A DNA stretch of 64,000 nt, taken from assembly GCA_030390025.1 (NCBI GenBank), contig CM059438.1, positions 70,806,001 through 70,870,000 of the forward strand, read 5' to 3'. Source of the DNA: Squalus acanthias (taxonomy: Eukaryota). The notes beneath the pieces were generated by a model. That model made no database searches. It was not told the origin of the DNA and worked only from the letters and a program-made list of their open reading frames with translations. Positions 62,271-64,000 of this stretch are shown piece after piece. Numbering within the stretch: position 1 is the first letter of the stretch; every line of letters starts with the position of its first letter. Position numbers and translations under genes: made by a program.

Positions 62271-63344
62271 GGTAGAAATGTGCAGACAATGCCTGCCAAT
62301 CATTACCTCAGCATAGGAACAGGAGTAGGTCATTCAGCCCCTCGAGCCTGCTCTGCCATTCAATTCGATCATGGCCGATCTGTACCTTGATTTCATTTAC
62401 CCAGTCCTGCAGGAGAGAGAGGAAAAATTACAGGGGCAGAGGGGAATTGAAAAATGACAGTAATGGCAACACAAATAGCTTTTACACTCTGTTGCCAATG
62501 CCATGTTCCATTTATCTCAGCTGCCAGGACACCAATGAAACGAGAAACAAAACTTCCAAGGCTGCAGCTTGTAAAAAAAATTTGAACCCAGTTTCTGTTC
62601 TCTCGATTATTTTTATCACCCAACATCAAAGGAGTATTTCTTCCCACAGCAGGAGATCCTTAGCACACCAAAAAGTTCATGTTAAGCTGGTCTTCAGCTT
62701 TTCTACCTCGCACAGCTGCCAGATACAGGAGCAGTTCTGAAGATTGAGATATGTGATGGTATAAATAAACATGTCCAGCTCATGACAGATAGAAAGAAGG
62801 GAGTTATTTCAAGGCTGAAACCCAATCTTAAAGTTCAAATGATGTTCATAAACTGCTTGAGTTTGACGTCTCCTAACCTCCTCGATTAAATCACAGTTTT
62901 ATAATCACTCCCCGCTATCTATTCATCTGTGTGCAATTCATAGGAGTCTATAAAATGTCAGTAAGTAATAATTGACAGTCGTTTGTACTGTTGAGGAGCC
63001 AAGGATGGGAAGGTTGATTGAAGGATGAGAGCATTGGTGAAGTCCATTATTGTTGAATGCAGCTGATTAGTTATCACCCTGACATGCGCTGGAGCAGATT
63101 GTGGGGATGTCCTCAATCAAATTTGGAGCCAATTTTGCATTTATTGCACAAAACCATGTAAAATGCAAGATGGACAGCAGGATTTATTTAAAACACTAGT
63201 AGATCTCCCATGGTGTTGCTCATGGTGAATCAGTGAATATACTTTTTTTTATAACAAATTTACCAACAAAGTGAGACAGGGAATGTGTGACAGGAAAAAC
63301 GTTACAGGAAGTAAGTGTGACACATAGGAAGCATGCACTATATG

Positions 63345-63845
63345 CAACAACAACAGCTTGTATTTATATAACATCTTTAACTTAGTAAAAAAATCGCAAG
63401 GCACTTCAGAGGAGCGTTATCAGACAAAATTTGGCACTGAGCCACATAAGGAGATATTGGGGCAGATGACCAAAAGTTTGGTCAAAGGGGTAGGTTTTAA
63501 GGAGAGACTTAAAGGAGGAGAGAGAAGTAGAGAAACAGTGAGGTTGAGGGAGGGGATCCCAGAGCTTAGACCCTAGGAAGCTTAAGGCAGGGCTGCCAAT
63601 GGTGGAGCTATGAAAATCAGGGATGCGCAGGAGGTTAGAAGAACACAGAGTTCTCGGAGGGTTGTAGGGGTGGAGGAGGTTATAGAGTTAGGGAGGGGCG
63701 AGGCCATGGAGGGATTTGAACACAAGGATGAGAATTTTAAAATCGAGGCATTGCCAGAACGGGAGCTAATGTAGGTGAGCGAGCACATGGGTGATGGGTG
63801 AACAGTACTTAGTGCGAGTAAGGATACGGCCAGCAGAGCTTTGAA
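63345..63845 (-). mobile_element. L2 LINE 3' fragment
   Basis: Same family as 7122-7728. Confidence 0.85.
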
Positions 63846-64000
63846 TGCAAGTTTTTTAATATATCATAGATGGATTGTCTGGGTACAACTACTAGTAATG
63901 TTACCACAGAATCATATAGCACCAAAGGAGGCAACACAGCCCATTGTGTCTGTACTATCTCTCTGAAAGATTTATCCACATAGTCCCATTCCCCACACCC

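Larger units (their letters stand above)
60609..64000 (+). other. ASTN2: ASTN2 intron, partial (terminal exon lies beyond the window)
   Basis: Donor at 60609; no KAHLILRRL-like continuation seen downstream. Confidence 0.7.

Overview
Eukaryotic, repeat-rich vertebrate DNA; the repeat families point to a cartilaginous fish (shark). The whole window lies inside one + strand gene, astrotactin-2 (ASTN2). Two coding exons are visible (53099-53199 and 60425-60608, canonical AG/GT sites, compatible phases), with >53 kb of intron upstream. I found no preceding or terminal exon by eye. Most ORFs in the track are spurious or retroelement remnants. The introns hold CR1 and L2 LINE fragments, Deu-type and other tRNA-SINEs, many PIF/Harbinger-type non-autonomous elements with 3-bp TSDs, a pogo/Tigger-type MITE with a 29-bp minisatellite, and Penelope-derived palindromes with hammerhead-ribozyme-like cores. 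The most notable structure is a nested stack at 44.2-51.9 kb. A MITE contains a LINE whose endonuclease ORF sits directly behind a tRNA-derived SINE head, with no room for ORF1. That LINE contains an internally deleted env-bearing LTR retrovirus-like element (TG...CA ends, CCTC TSD, PPT, decayed env with an intact-looking TM anchor). Family names come from recalled consensus features, not database searches, and repeat boundaries are approximate unless a TSD is quoted.
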